NCBI GenBank assembly: GCA_963700995.1
Contig: CAVOZP010000004.1
Location: 237,712 to 301,711 of the forward strand
DNA from: an uncultured Acidimicrobiales bacterium
GTDB taxonomy: Bacteria; Actinomycetota; Acidimicrobiia; Acidimicrobiales; JAHEJN01
Direction: 5' to 3'
Length of the DNA: 64,000 nt
Shown: piece after piece, positions 10,343 through 20,886 of the stretch
Layout: each line of letters starts with the position of its first letter
Numbering within the stretch: position 1 is the stretch's first letter
Position numbers and translations under genes: made by a program
Notes under the pieces: generated by a model
What the model saw: the letters and a program-made list of their open reading frames with translations, nothing else
Told to the model about the DNA's origin: nothing
Databases searched by the model: none

Positions 10343-11122
10343 TCAGCGGAAGTGGCGGTTCCGGTAGGTCGGGTCGAGGCCGATTGCGTCGCCGTCGGCC
10401 CGCAGCCACGGGTGCAATTTCGTCGGCTTCTCCACGATCATGGCCATCGAGTTGCACTGTTTCCTGGCAACCGTCGTGACAACCTTCAACACCGGCTCGG
10501 CGACGCGCAACACGAACCGTCGTCGGCTTCCCGTGTGCATCTCGGCGCTCTGCCACGGCAGGTGGAGAGCGTACGCGTACCGGAACCGGGGCTCGCCGGT
10601 GGGATCGAACGACCGGATCGTCTTCTCGAACTCGGCTTCGGTCCAGCGGTCGACGTGATTCGGCAACGGCGTGTTGTCGACCCCGCCCGACTGACCGTCG
10701 TGGGCCACCACCGCCTCGACCTCGTACCGGCCGGTGAGGCCGGTTCGTTCAGCGATGCGCATGAGTCGCGAATCACACGCTTCGACGGCGATGACGCCAC
10801 GGCGAGCCACCCGGTACAGCTCGAGCAGCCCGGCGTGGGGTGATGGACAGTGGTGCAGGCCGTCGACCACCAGGCCCCAGTCGAAGCTGCCGTCGGCGAA
10901 GCCGAGGTCCTGGGCAGGCTGTCGACTCCACGGATAGGGAGCGGCTCCGGCCTCGCCTTGGGAGGTGTCGAGGTTGGTGATGGTGGCGTCGGCGATGCCG
11001 AGTGACCGGAACAGCGCCGCCTCGTTCGGACCGGCGGCCACGGCCACGAACGACTGCTCGGCCGTCACCACGTCGTCGGCCATCAACCGCTCGAAGACCG
11101 AGGTGACGAAGGCCGTGTGCAC
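10343..11122 (-). CDS. class I SAM-dependent methyltransferase
   Basis: 259-aa ORF with a GTG start. Contains a Rossmann-type AVAAGPNEA motif and a [17 protein letters not shown] motif. Confidence 0.7.
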   Translation of the reverse strand: MHTAFVTSVFERLMADDVVTAEQSFVAVAAGPNEAALFRSLGIADATITNLDTSQGEAGAAPYPWSRQPAQDLGFADGSFDWGLVVDGLHHCPSPHAGLLELYRVARRGVIAVEACDSRLMRIAERTGLTGRYEVEAVVAHDGQSGGVDNTPLPNHVDRWTEAEFEKTIRSFDPTGEPRFRYAYALHLPWQSAEMHTGSRRRFVLRVAEPVLKVVTTVARKQCNSMAMIVEKPTKLHPWLRADGDAIGLDPTYRNRHFR

Positions 11123-11214
11123 GACGGCAGGGTAGCCACCACGGCCGATCCGGCCGAACCGCGAACCGTGAACCGACTCGAAGGTCGACGGGGTCGGGCT
11201 TGTACGCTTACCCG

Positions 11215-12196
<982 letters not shown>

Positions 12197-12227
12197 GCCA
12201 TCGGGCCCGGCGACTAGCATCGCAGCC

Positions 12228-12738
12228 ATGTCCGATACCGGTCTCACCCATCTCGATCCGCTCGGCCGCGCTCGCATGGTCGACGTCACGCCCAAAGAGC
12301 CGACCCACCGGCGTGCCATCGCCCGTGCCCACGTCGACATGTTGGCCGACACCGCCACGGCGGTGGCCCACGGCGCCATCGGCAAGGGCGACGTCCTGGC
12401 GGTGGCACGGGTCGCCGGCATCCAGGCCGCGAAGCGCGCCAGTGACCTCATTCCGCTCTGTCACCCGCTCATGGTCGGCGCGGTGCTCGTCGAACTTCCG
12501 CATCGAGGAGACCTCGATCACCATCGAGGCCGAGGTCGAGACGGTCGATCGCACCGGCGTCGAGATGGAGGCGCTCACGGCGTGCGCCGTCGCCGCGCTC
12601 ACGGTGTACGACATGTGCAAGTCGATCGACCGGGGAATGACCATCACCGACGTGGCGCTCTGGGAGAAGACCGGCGGACGGTCGGGTACCTACAAACGGC
12701 CCAACGACGGGCCCGAGGCAGCCGAGCACAATGACTGA
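12228..12738 (+). pseudogene. moaC: cyclic pyranopterin monophosphate synthase MoaC; one frameshift near 12490-12500 as sequenced
   Basis: N-terminal half ([15 protein letters not shown]...LIPLCHPL) is in frame 0. The C-terminal half ([10 protein letters not shown]...YDMCK) is in frame 1. Confidence 0.9.
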
Positions 12739-12901
12739 ACGGGACACCGGACCCTCGATGTCCCGGTAACCGCAGTTCGTGACCCTCGTCACGTCCGCTT
12801 GGCATCTGGACGGTTTCGTAGTAGAACCGTAACATCCGTCATCGGCCCGCAACCATTCTTGACGGCCCACGTTCCCGCCTCATCGAGCATCCACCCGTTG
12901 G

Positions 12902-13486
12902 GTGCCAGCAAATGTCACCATTTTCCTCACCAAGGTCGTCTACAAGTTGATCACCACCGTGCTCCTTCTCGGAATCGCGATTGCCTGGATCGTCATCCTC
13001 GTACCTCCGATGGTGCGCGGACGGGCCCCACGGACACGCCGGGGCTCGGGCGTCGATTTCCAGACCGCTCTCGGCAAGCTCGATGCCACCCGGAACCGAT
13101 CGGCTTCGGTCACCCCTTTGCGGGGCGTTGCGCCGCTTCCCACCTCGGTTCGTCCTGGCCAGTCGCTCGCCGGGCCGCTTCCGCTGGTCGCCGCCCTCAC
13201 GGCTGCTCCCGAGACGGCCGACGAGGCCCGCCGCCGCCGTCGCGATGTAATCGTTGCTCTGGCCGGCCTCGCCACCTTCACGCTGCTGTTGGCCATCGTC
13301 ATCGGCTCGCTGTTCGTGGCCATCCATCTGCTCGTCGATGTCGCCCTCCTCGGGTACGTGATGGCCGTGGCGCAACGCCAGCGGCTGGCCGACGAGCGCT
13401 TGGAGAAGGTCACCCCGCTGCGCCCTGCTCGTCGCCCGGCAGCTGAGGTCAGCCACGATCAGCTGCTCCGCCGCTCCGGCACCTGA
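12902..13486 (+). CDS. hypothetical membrane protein
   Basis: 194-aa ORF with two predicted TM helices and an Arg-rich loop. No family recognised and the start is uncertain. Confidence 0.5.
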   Translation: MPANVTIFLTKVVYKLITTVLLLGIAIAWIVILVPPMVRGRAPRTRRGSGVDFQTALGKLDATRNRSASVTPLRGVAPLPTSVRPGQSLAGPLPLVAALTAAPETADEARRRRRDVIVALAGLATFTLLLAIVIGSLFVAIHLLVDVALLGYVMAVAQRQRLADERLEKVTPLRPARRPAAEVSHDQLLRRSGT

Positions 13487-13544
13487 GCACTGGTCGGTCG
13501 GCGCCGCACCTCGATCGGGCGCAGGTACGCTGACGATCCACGTC

Positions 13545-13619
13545 GGGGGTGTAGCTCAGTCTGGCTAGAGCGTCTCGGTCGCATCGAGAAGGTCGTGGGT
13601 TCGAGTCCCATCACCTCCA
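13545..13619 (+). tRNA. tRNA-Ala (anticodon CGC)
   Basis: Hand-folded cloverleaf. Acceptor stem GGGGGTG/CACCTCC carries the G3:U70 Ala identity pair. D stem GCTC/GAGC, anticodon stem TCTCG/CGAGA with loop GTCGCAT, T arm GTGGG-TTCGAGT-CCCAT, discriminator A. CCA is not encoded. Confidence 0.93.
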
Positions 13620-13639
13620 CAGTTTTGTTCCGCCTGGTC

Positions 13640-13658
13640 GCGACACCTTCGGTGTCGC
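13640..13658 (+). terminator. hairpin just downstream of tRNA-Ala
   Basis: GCGACACC-TTC-GGTGTCGC, an 8-bp stem 20 nt after the tRNA. No U-tract. Its 3' arm is the start of the 66-bp repeat array. Confidence 0.4.
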
Positions 13659-13840
13659 TCCCGACGGCGGCTGCGCCAAGCGCAGTTCGCGCCCCGTCGA
13701 GGCCGTGACGCTCCGGTAGGTCGCTCCCGACGGCGGCTGCGCCAAGCGCAGTTCGCGCCCCGTCGAGGCCGTGACGCTCCGGTAGGTCGCTCCCGACGGC
13801 GGCTGCGCCAAGCGCAGTTCGCGCCACGGCGAGGCCGAGA
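13654..13840. repeat. 66-bp intergenic tandem repeat, about 2.8 copies (MIRU/VNTR-like)
   Basis: Copies 13654-13719 and 13720-13785 are identical. The third copy matches for 40 nt and then degenerates. Each unit carries nested inverted repeats CGACGG...CCGTCG and CTGCGC-CAA-GCGCAG. Confidence 0.9.
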
Positions 13841-13872
13841 CAGAGTCCCTTCGGCTCGGCCATACTCGGGGC

Positions 13873-14349
13873 GTGGCCGGTCTTCCCTCCTCGGCGGCTC
13901 GCTTCGAGCTGGCACTGCGAGCAGCCGGGTCCGACGCCGTGATCGTCGAGATGGCCGAATCGACCCGCACGGCCGACGAAGCCGCCGCAGCGTGCGGCTG
14001 CGCGGTGGCCCAGATCGTGAAATCGATGATCTTTCGGGGGGTCGACAGCGGCGACGCCCATCTGGTCCTGACCTCGGGGTCGAACCGGGTGCACGAGAAG
14101 CGCCTCGGGTGTCGGCTCGGCGACAAGCTCGAGCGGGCCGACGCCGATTTCGTGCGGGCCGTCACCGGCTACGCCATCGGCGGAGTGCCACCGCTCGGGC
14201 ATGTTGAGCCCACCCACGTGGTGATCGACGAGGACCTCCTGGTCCACGACGTGGTCTGGGCCGCGGCCGGAACGCCTCGATGCGTGTTCTCGACGACTCC
14301 GGCCGAGCTGGTGGCGATGACCAGCGGCGAAGTGCTCCCCGTCACCTGA
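13873..14349 (+). CDS. YbaK/EbsC-family aminoacyl-tRNA deacylase
   Basis: 158 aa. The pattern ...KSMIF...VLTSGSNRV...TGYAIGGVPPLGH... is typical of the YbaK/ProX editing domain. Confidence 0.8.
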   Translation: MAGLPSSAARFELALRAAGSDAVIVEMAESTRTADEAAAACGCAVAQIVKSMIFRGVDSGDAHLVLTSGSNRVHEKRLGCRLGDKLERADADFVRAVTGYAIGGVPPLGHVEPTHVVIDEDLLVHDVVWAAAGTPRCVFSTTPAELVAMTSGEVLPVT

Positions 14350-14355
14350 CCGAGG

Positions 14356-14850
14356 TCAGGCCAGCCGCACGCCCTCGTGACGGAGGAGCCAGCGCTTCAC
14401 ATCGAGGCCGCCGGCGAATCCGGTGAGGGAGCCGTCGCTGCCCATCACCCGATGACACGGCAACACGATCGAGAGCGGGTTGCGTCCGGTGGCGGCGCCG
14501 ATGGCCCGAGCGGCGCGTGGTCGCCCGAGCCGCCGGGCCTGTTCGCCGTAAGTGGACGTCGAGCCGAAGGGGATGTCGGCGAGTGCCCGCCAGTTCGCCA
14601 CCTGGAACTCCGTGCCGCGGAGGTCCATCGGGAGATCGAACTCGGTTCGCGTGCCCGCGAAGTACTCGGCGAGCTGGGTCGCGGCCTTGGCCACGACGGG
14701 ATGGTCGGGGTCGGTCGCCAGATCGGGCAAGGGCACCCGGCCGGCAGCGTCGCGATTCCACAGAACCGCCCGCAGGCCGACGTCGGTCGCCACGATTGTC
14801 AGTGCCCCGACCGGCGAATCGATCACAGCGCAGTAGTGGGTATCGGTCAT
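14356..14850 (-). CDS. ogt: methylated-DNA--protein-cysteine methyltransferase
   Basis: Internal ATG at 14850 (MTDTHYCAV...). PCHRV active-site motif. Start overlaps the upstream stop (ATGA). Confidence 0.9.
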   Translation of the reverse strand: MTDTHYCAVIDSPVGALTIVATDVGLRAVLWNRDAAGRVPLPDLATDPDHPVVAKAATQLAEYFAGTRTEFDLPMDLRGTEFQVANWRALADIPFGSTSTYGEQARRLGRPRAARAIGAATGRNPLSIVLPCHRVMGSDGSLTGFAGGLDVKRWLLRHEGVRLA

Positions 14851-16290
14851 GGGAGCACTCCTTCGTCGGCGATGGCCCACAAGAGCTGTGCGGCCAGAGA
14901 TCGGTGAGGTCGCCATCGTTGGGCCAGCTCGGTGACGGCACGAGCGGTCGGCACGTCGTTGCTGCCGATCAGGAGGGCAACTCCCTTTCGGATGCCGAGA
15001 TCGCCGGCCGGGAAGGCGTCGCGATGGCGATGCAGGCGCATGGCCGCCAGCTGGGCGGTCCATGGCCCCACGCCCGGCAGACTGCAGTACTGGGCCTCGA
15101 GTTCGTCGAGCTCGACGTAGCGATAGAGGTCGAGGGTGCCGTCGGCGACCGCGCCCGACACCGCACGCACCGTGGCGATGCGGCGGTCGGTGAAGCCCAA
15201 CCCCGCCAGGTCGGATTCGGCCAACTCGGCGGGTGACGGGAAGACCACGTTGGTCGCTTCGTCGTCGAGTGCGTCGATCGACCGTCCGGCAACGGCCGCC
15301 AGACGACCGGCCATGGTCGAAGCCCCGGCCACGGAGATCTGTTGGCCGACGACGATGCGGATGAGCGTCTCGAAGCGATCCCAGGCAGCCCGGCACGCGC
15401 AGGCCGGGTCGGGCGGCCAGCTCGGGGCCCAGCAGCTCGTCGTCGCCGATGGCATCGCGCGAGTCGATGGCGGCATCGAGGCCGAGGAGATGGCGGCAAC
15501 GAGCGACGTCGTCGATCACCGTGGCCATCGTCGGCAGGTGGGCGACGACCTCGAGCGTCCCGATACCGCTCGGTTCGACGCGGTCCGCCAGGTCGATGTC
15601 GATCAGCCCGGGGTAGCCGCACGACTCGATTGTGCGGCGATACCGGCCGTCGCCAGCGAGGCGTTCGACCCCGGGGATGGCTCGGCCCGCGAGATGGCGT
15701 CGAAGGCGGGCGAGGTCGAGCGGCCGGCGGTACGGGACCCGCAGGGCGAGGCCCCCGTCGACCGCCCCGAGGGAGCGGCTGCGTCGCTTGGCCCGCAGCT
15801 CCGACGGGGCGAACGCGAAGATCTCGGTGATACCCCGGTGGAGCTGACGGGTCGATCGGTAGCCCGCGGCACTGGCCACCGCACCCAGCGGGAGGTCGGT
15901 CTCGTCCAGCAGTCGACGAGCGAAGTGGGCCCGACGAGAACGGGCAACGAAGGCGGGGGTTGCGCCGACGTGGTCGAGGAACAGACGGCGAAGCTGACGG
16001 CCGCTGTACCCGACGGTGCGAGCGAGGGTGTCCTCGGTCCGGGTGTCGAGGTACCCGTCGGCGATCAGCACGAGGGCGTGGGCGACGGCCGGCGGCGCCA
16101 CGTCGGGGAGATGCGGCTCGGGCAGCCGATCGGGACGACACCGCAGACAGGGCCGGTAACCGGCGGCCTCGGCGGCCACGCTGGTGGCGTAGGGAGTGAC
16201 GTTGCGGGGATGCGGCCGGGCCACGCAGCTGCTCACGCAGTAGATGCCGGTGGTGGCGACACCTTGCAGAACGGGTGCGGTCGTGGTCAT
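14847..16290 (-). pseudogene. alkA: AdaA-AlkA fusion (Ada Zn-finger + AraC HTH + DNA-3-methyladenine glycosylase II); one frameshift near 15400-15440 as sequenced
   Basis: The N-terminus (IYCVSSC...YRPCLRCRP plus HTH) is in the frame of ORF 14356..16467. The HhH-GPD part (WDRFETLIRIVVGQQISVAGA...) is in ORF 14847..15476. Length 1444 nt is not a multiple of 3. Confidence 0.85.
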
Positions 16291-16429
16291 GACCAGCAGT
16301 CTCGCAGCATTCGCCGGACAGGAACGGACACGCACTCGAGAATCCCTTGCGTGTCTGAATTCGTCCGGCGCGGCCGGCCTGGCCGAAATAGGGCCACCGT
16401 GCCGCGCAGGATTTGTCACACTCGGCGCC

Positions 16430-17101
16430 ATGTCCGAACCCGTGCTCTCGCCCACCGACCGCACCACCGTGCGCCGACTCCCCGAACGACAGCGCGACGA
16501 TCGGGCCGACCTTCACGCAGTCCTCGACGAAGGGCTGGTGTGCCACGTGGGTTTCGTGGCCACCGGCGGCACACCGGTCGTCATCCCCACTGCGTACTGC
16601 CGGCTGGGGGAACGGCTGTACCTGCACGGTTCACCCGCCAGCCGCATGTTGCGCAGCCTCACGGATGGTGTCGACGTGTGCGTCACGGTCACCCTGGTCG
16701 ACGGCATCGTCATGGCCCGCTCGGCGTTCCACCACTCGATGAACTACCGCAGTGCGGTGATCTTCGGTCGGGCCGAGGTGGTCGAGGATCTCGAGGAGAA
16801 GGGTCGGGTGCTCGATGGGTTCGTCGATCACGTCCTGCCCGGCCGCGCCACCGAGAGCCGACCCGGCAACGAGAAGGAGCTCAAGGGCACGCTCGTGTTG
16901 GCCCTCGATCTGACCGAGGCATCGGTCAAGGCCCGTTCCGGCGGCCCCGTCGATGACCCCGAGGACATGGACCTCGGCATCTGGGCCGGTGTGTTGCCCA
17001 TCGGATTGGCAGTGGCCGAACCCGAGCCCGACGACGGCATCATCGACCCGGCGCCACCATCGGTTGCGGCCTTTGCCGACCGTCGAGGCTCTGCACACTG
17101 A
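16430..17101 (+). CDS. pyridoxamine 5'-phosphate oxidase-family FMN-binding protein
   Basis: ATG at 16430 (MSEPVLSPTDRTTVRRLPER). Pattern ...HVGF...PTAY...LYLHGS...SAFHHSMNYRS. Confidence 0.75.
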   Translation: MSEPVLSPTDRTTVRRLPERQRDDRADLHAVLDEGLVCHVGFVATGGTPVVIPTAYCRLGERLYLHGSPASRMLRSLTDGVDVCVTVTLVDGIVMARSAFHHSMNYRSAVIFGRAEVVEDLEEKGRVLDGFVDHVLPGRATESRPGNEKELKGTLVLALDLTEASVKARSGGPVDDPEDMDLGIWAGVLPIGLAVAEPEPDDGIIDPAPPSVAAFADRRGSAH

Positions 17102-17119
17102 CCCTGGCCGAGCGTTCGC

Positions 17120-18493
17120 TCAGGGCCGACCGATCAGGACTTCGTCACCACCGACGCCGAGCACCGAGCGGGTGGCCGGTCCACTGGTCAGAGCATCGCG
17201 CAGCAGCGCTGCGCCATCCCGGATCACGGCGAGGGTGTCGGTGCCGTTGCCGTCCCAGTCGCCGACGAGGATGGTGTCGGTGGCGGTGCCGTAGCCGATG
17301 ATGGTGTCGGCGGGGCCTGAGGTGAGGGTGTTGCGGAGGTAGTAGGTGTTGCCGCGGCGTACGGCGAGGGTGTCGGTGCCGTTGCCGTCCCAGTCGCCGA
17401 CGAGGATGGTGTCGGTGGCGGTGCCGTAGCCGATGATGGTGTCGGCGGGGCCTGAGGTGAGGGTGTTGCGGAGGTAGTAGGTGTTGCCGCGGCGTACGGC
17501 GAGGGTGTCGGTGCCGTTGCCGTCCCAGTCGCCGAGCAGGATGGTGTCGGTGGCGGTGCCGTAGCCGATGATGGTGTCGGCGGGGCCTGAGGTGAGGGTG
17601 TTGCGGAGGTAGTAGGTGTTGCCGCGGCGTACGGCGAGGGTGTCGGTGCCGTTGCCGTCCCAGTCGCCGAGCAGGAACCGAGTGTCGGTCGGCGCTCCAT
17701 AGGTGAACTCCTGCGCCGAGCTTCCGTCGTCGTTCAGCACCCTGAAATCACGACCGGTGCGGACGACGATCCGGTCGCCCTGCATCGTGGCTCGAGCCAG
17801 GTCGACACCGACCCACACCAGTTCCCACGGCTCGGGACGGGGCCCGAGATCGGCGACGCCGTCGGGGTACGACGGGAGAAAGCCAAAGCTCCGTGCCCTC
17901 CGGAAGTTGTCGGCCGCCAACCAGCGATAGGACGCCGTGGTCCCGAAATCCGTGAAATACGTTCCCACCTGGGTGATGTCGATCGCGTAGCCCGAGTGGT
18001 GCTTCGAGTAGCCGGGGGCCGACGAGACCGCAAGTCGAGCGCTGATCGCCGCGTCGTGCGCGCCTGCGGCGATGGCCGACGGATCGAGCGGTCCCAGCGG
18101 CCCGAAGAAGATCGGCTGCTGCTCGCTCGGCGAGCGGAAGCCACTCAACACGAACATCGAGTGTCCCGACGCAGCCGCCGCTGCCCGCAGCTGCGCCCAG
18201 GCCACAGCCACGGCAGGCTGAACCCGCTGACCGTGGACCGCGACCAACGGCGCGGACGCCACCGGGCGGAGCCGGTAACCGCGACTCTCGGCCAGGTTTC
18301 GGATGCGTGCGTCGGCGGCCTGGTTGCCGGTCAGGGCGATCGGCTGGGGCGGACCCACACCGGGGAGCCGGGCGTTGTCGAAGATCGCAACCATCTCCGC
18401 CGGTGTCGGATCGTCGGCCGTCGCGGCCGCCGGGTCTATCGCCGCGCCCACGGCCACGAGCGAGACGGCAAGAAGGCAGACGCGCAGGTTCAT
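17120..18493 (-). CDS. secreted D-alanyl-D-alanine carboxypeptidase (VanY/M15B-like) with a C-terminal GDWDGNG repeat propeller
   Basis: Signal peptide MNLRVCLLAVSLVAVGAA. SGFRS and SKHHSGYAIDI zinc-peptidase motifs. Five 45-aa repeats at the C-terminus. Confidence 0.8.
   Translation of the reverse strand: MNLRVCLLAVSLVAVGAAIDPAAATADDPTPAEMVAIFDNARLPGVGPPQPIALTGNQAADARIRNLAESRGYRLRPVASAPLVAVHGQRVQPAVAVAWAQLRAAAAASGHSMFVLSGFRSPSEQQPIFFGPLGPLDPSAIAAGAHDAAISARLAVSSAPGYSKHHSGYAIDITQVGTYFTDFGTTASYRWLAADNFRRARSFGFLPSYPDGVADLGPRPEPWELVWVGVDLARATMQGDRIVVRTGRDFRVLNDDGSSAQEFTYGAPTDTRFLLGDWDGNGTDTLAVRRGNTYYLRNTLTSGPADTIIGYGTATDTILLGDWDGNGTDTLAVRRGNTYYLRNTLTSGPADTIIGYGTATDTILVGDWDGNGTDTLAVRRGNTYYLRNTLTSGPADTIIGYGTATDTILVGDWDGNGTDTLAVIRDGAALLRDALTSGPATRSVLGVGGDEVLIGRP
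17231..17672 (-). repeat. 135-bp in-frame tandem repeat, about 3.3 near-identical copies
   Basis: Units start at 17231, 17366, 17501 and 17636. Each encodes GDWDGNGTDTLAVRRGNTYYLRNTLTSGPADTIIGYGTATDTIL(V/L). I saw only a few substitutions between copies. Confidence 0.9.
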
Positions 18494-18551
18494 TGCCCCG
18501 TTCGTAGCACGCCGTCCGACGTTGTCCGGTGAGCCTGGCCACAATGGACCG

Positions 18552-20600
18552 ATGAGCTCGGCGACCGAACCCTTCCTCGACGAAGTGGTCGGGGGCTGTC
18601 CCCTCGATTGTCCCGACGGGTGCTCGTGGGTGGTCACCCGCAAGAACGGGGTGCCGGTGAAGCTGCGGGGCAACCCGCAGCATCCCTTCACCCAGGGCGG
18701 CCTGTGCGGAAAGGTGAACTCCTATCTCGACCACACGCGGCACCCCGATCGGCTGCTGCATCCCCTGCGACGCACCGGTCCGAAGGGCAGTGGTCGCTTC
18801 GAACGCATCAGCTGGGACGACGCACTCGACGAGTGGGCCATCCACATGCGGTCGGGCATCGACACCCATGGACCCGAGACGGTGCTGCCCTTCGTCGGAA
18901 CCGGCACGGTGGGCCTCGTGCAGGGTCCGGGTGGGCTCGGCCACCGGCTTTTCGGCCTCCTCGGTTCGAGCCGCAGCCTCATGACCATCTGCTCGGTGGC
19001 CGGCCACCGGGGAATGAGCTACACGACGGGCTCCGCCGCGGGAATGGATCCCGCCGATCTTCGGCACTCGTCGCTCATCTTGTTGTGGGGTACCAACACC
19101 CTCACGTCGAATCAGCACCTGTGGCCCTTCATCGAGGCGGGTCGGGCCAACGGCGCCCACGTTGTCGTGATCGATCCGACGTGCACGCGCACCGCACGCC
19201 GGGCCGACGAACACATCGCCGTGCTCCCGGGCAGCGACTCGGCCCTTGCCCTCGCGCTGATGCACGTGGTCGTGCGCGAGGGTGGTGCCGACGCGACGTT
19301 CCTCGCCGAGAACACGCTGGGTTGGCCCGAGTTCGCCCGATCCCTCGACCGCCACACACCCGCTCGTGCCGCCGAGCGGTGCGGGATCCCCGTTGAAACG
19401 ATCGAGGCACTCGGCGTCCGGATCGCGGCGAGCCGCCCGACGGGCATTCGGCTCTCCATGGGCATGCAACGTCACTTCGGCGGCGGCCAGGCCACCCGGG
19501 TCATCTCCTGCATCCCTGCGGTCACCGGCGACTACCACCGCCTCGGTGGAGGAGCGTGCTACTCCACCGGTCCCGCCTATTTCCGCGACCGGGCGAACAT
19601 CGTGCCGCCCGGAGTGGTCACGAGGTCACGGCGAGGCGTCCCCAACACCCGAATAGGGCATGCGCTGCTCGATCTCGACGATCCGCCCGTCACGTCGCTG
19701 TTCATCTCCGGGGCCAATCCCATGGCGTCGAACCCCGACACCGACCGGGTGCGCCGCGGCCTCGAGCGTGACGATCTCCACACGGTGGTCGTCGATCACT
19801 TCTTGACCGATACCGCTCGCTACGCGGACATCGTGTTGCCCGGAACCATGCAGACCGAGCATTTCGACCTCCACGACTCGTTCAGTCACTTGTCGCTCCA
19901 GCTCAACGTTCCCGCCACCGAGCCCGCGGGAGAGTGCCTTTCGGGCACCGAGATCCTGCGGCGGCTGGCGCACCGACTCGGTGTGACCCACCCGGCGGTC
20001 CTCGCCGACGACGAGGCGCTCGCCCGCGACGCCGTTGGCACCCCCGTTGCGGGCGGATTCGACGAGCTGTTGGCCAACGGCTGGGCGCGTCTCGATGTGC
20101 CCTCGCCGTTCATTCCCTTCGCCGACGGTTTCCCTACCGCTTCGGGACGCTTCGAGTTCACGTCGGAGCGCGCCGAGGTGGACGGTCACGGCCGTCTCCC
20201 CCACGACGTTGGACCCTACGAACCCGGCGACGGCGAGCGGTTGCAGCTCGTCGCCGCAGCCAGCCATCACTTCCTGAATTCCACGTTCGCCAATCGTGAG
20301 CTCCACGCGGGCCGGGAGGGTGAACTGATCGTCACGTTGCACCCTGAAGACGCCGGCACCCGCGGGCTGGTCGACGGGGAACGGGTCGAGGTGGCCAATG
20401 ATCGGGGAGCGTTCACCGCTCGCTTGGTGGTGAGCGACACGGCTCGCCCTGGCGTTGCCGTGTCGGTGAAGGGTCACTGGCCGTCGTTGTCGGGCGGGGC
20501 GAATGTCAACGCAACGGTGCTCGAGGCCGACGGTGACATGGGTCAGGGTGCCGTGTTCCACGACAACCTCGTGCAGGTCAGCGCCGCGTCAGGCTGCTGA
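18552..20600 (+). CDS. molybdopterin (bis-MGD) oxidoreductase
   Basis: ATG at 18552 inside ORF 18303..20600. N-terminal CPLDCPDGCSW Fe-S-type Cys motif. Length and motifs fit the DMSO-reductase superfamily, with a C-terminal beta-barrel (VTLHPEDA...). Confidence 0.85.
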   Translation: MSSATEPFLDEVVGGCPLDCPDGCSWVVTRKNGVPVKLRGNPQHPFTQGGLCGKVNSYLDHTRHPDRLLHPLRRTGPKGSGRFERISWDDALDEWAIHMRSGIDTHGPETVLPFVGTGTVGLVQGPGGLGHRLFGLLGSSRSLMTICSVAGHRGMSYTTGSAAGMDPADLRHSSLILLWGTNTLTSNQHLWPFIEAGRANGAHVVVIDPTCTRTARRADEHIAVLPGSDSALALALMHVVVREGGADATFLAENTLGWPEFARSLDRHTPARAAERCGIPVETIEALGVRIAASRPTGIRLSMGMQRHFGGGQATRVISCIPAVTGDYHRLGGGACYSTGPAYFRDRANIVPPGVVTRSRRGVPNTRIGHALLDLDDPPVTSLFISGANPMASNPDTDRVRRGLERDDLHTVVVDHFLTDTARYADIVLPGTMQTEHFDLHDSFSHLSLQLNVPATEPAGECLSGTEILRRLAHRLGVTHPAVLADDEALARDAVGTPVAGGFDELLANGWARLDVPSPFIPFADGFPTASGRFEFTSERAEVDGHGRLPHDVGPYEPGDGERLQLVAAASHHFLNSTFANRELHAGREGELIVTLHPEDAGTRGLVDGERVEVANDRGAFTARLVVSDTARPGVAVSVKGHWPSLSGGANVNATVLEADGDMGQGAVFHDNLVQVSAASGC

Positions 20601-20648
20601 CCTTGCCGATCGGGAGGGCGACGAGCCCACGTTGCGACCGAACCGAGC

Positions 20649-20684
20649 GCTGACGGCGACGACCTGGACGTCGTTGCCGTCAGC
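20649..20684. terminator. 15-bp-stem hairpin between convergent genes
   Basis: GCTGACGGCGACGAC-CTGGAC-GTCGTTGCCGTCAGC, with one G:T pair. It overlaps the stop of the 20680..20886 ORF. No U-tract. Confidence 0.5.
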
Positions 20685-20886
20685 CTGCGGTTGCGAGTCG
20701 TTCCGTGAGGCTTCTCTCGGTCTCCCACCGGTGCTGGCACGGGCTGCACTGGATCACGTCGACGCCCTTGCAGATGTCGACACATTGCACGATCCCTGGC
20801 GACCCGCACAGCGGGCAAGCGTTCTGGGGCTTGGTGTTGGTGGTGCGATGGCTGTGAAAAGCTTCATGGTCCGTTCCTGTCTCCAC
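20680..20886 (-). CDS. small Cys-rich (zinc-ribbon-like) hypothetical protein
   Basis: 68 aa with a GTG start and a CPLC-x8-C-x3-C-x7-CSPC pattern. No family recognised. Confidence 0.4.
   Translation of the reverse strand: METGTDHEAFHSHRTTNTKPQNACPLCGSPGIVQCVDICKGVDVIQCSPCQHRWETERSLTERLATAG

Noticed and set aside
11123-11214. Moco riboswitch upstream of moaA
   Set aside because: The 90-nt leader shows no recognisable conserved Moco-motif stems, and I cannot support a call by eye.
13654-13840. Possible CRISPR array
   Set aside because: The repeats are directly abutting 66-bp units with no spacers, and no cas genes are in the window. This is a tandem repeat, not a CRISPR.
14356-16467. 703-aa ORF suggesting a single Ada-AlkA-Ogt triple fusion
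   Set aside because: The Ogt part has its own ATG (14850) overlapping an upstream stop in the AlkA frame. The middle of this ORF is out-of-frame read-through, since the AlkA HhH-GPD domain is in ORF 14847..15476. Two genes, as in the mycobacterial adaA-alkA/ogt operon, fit better.
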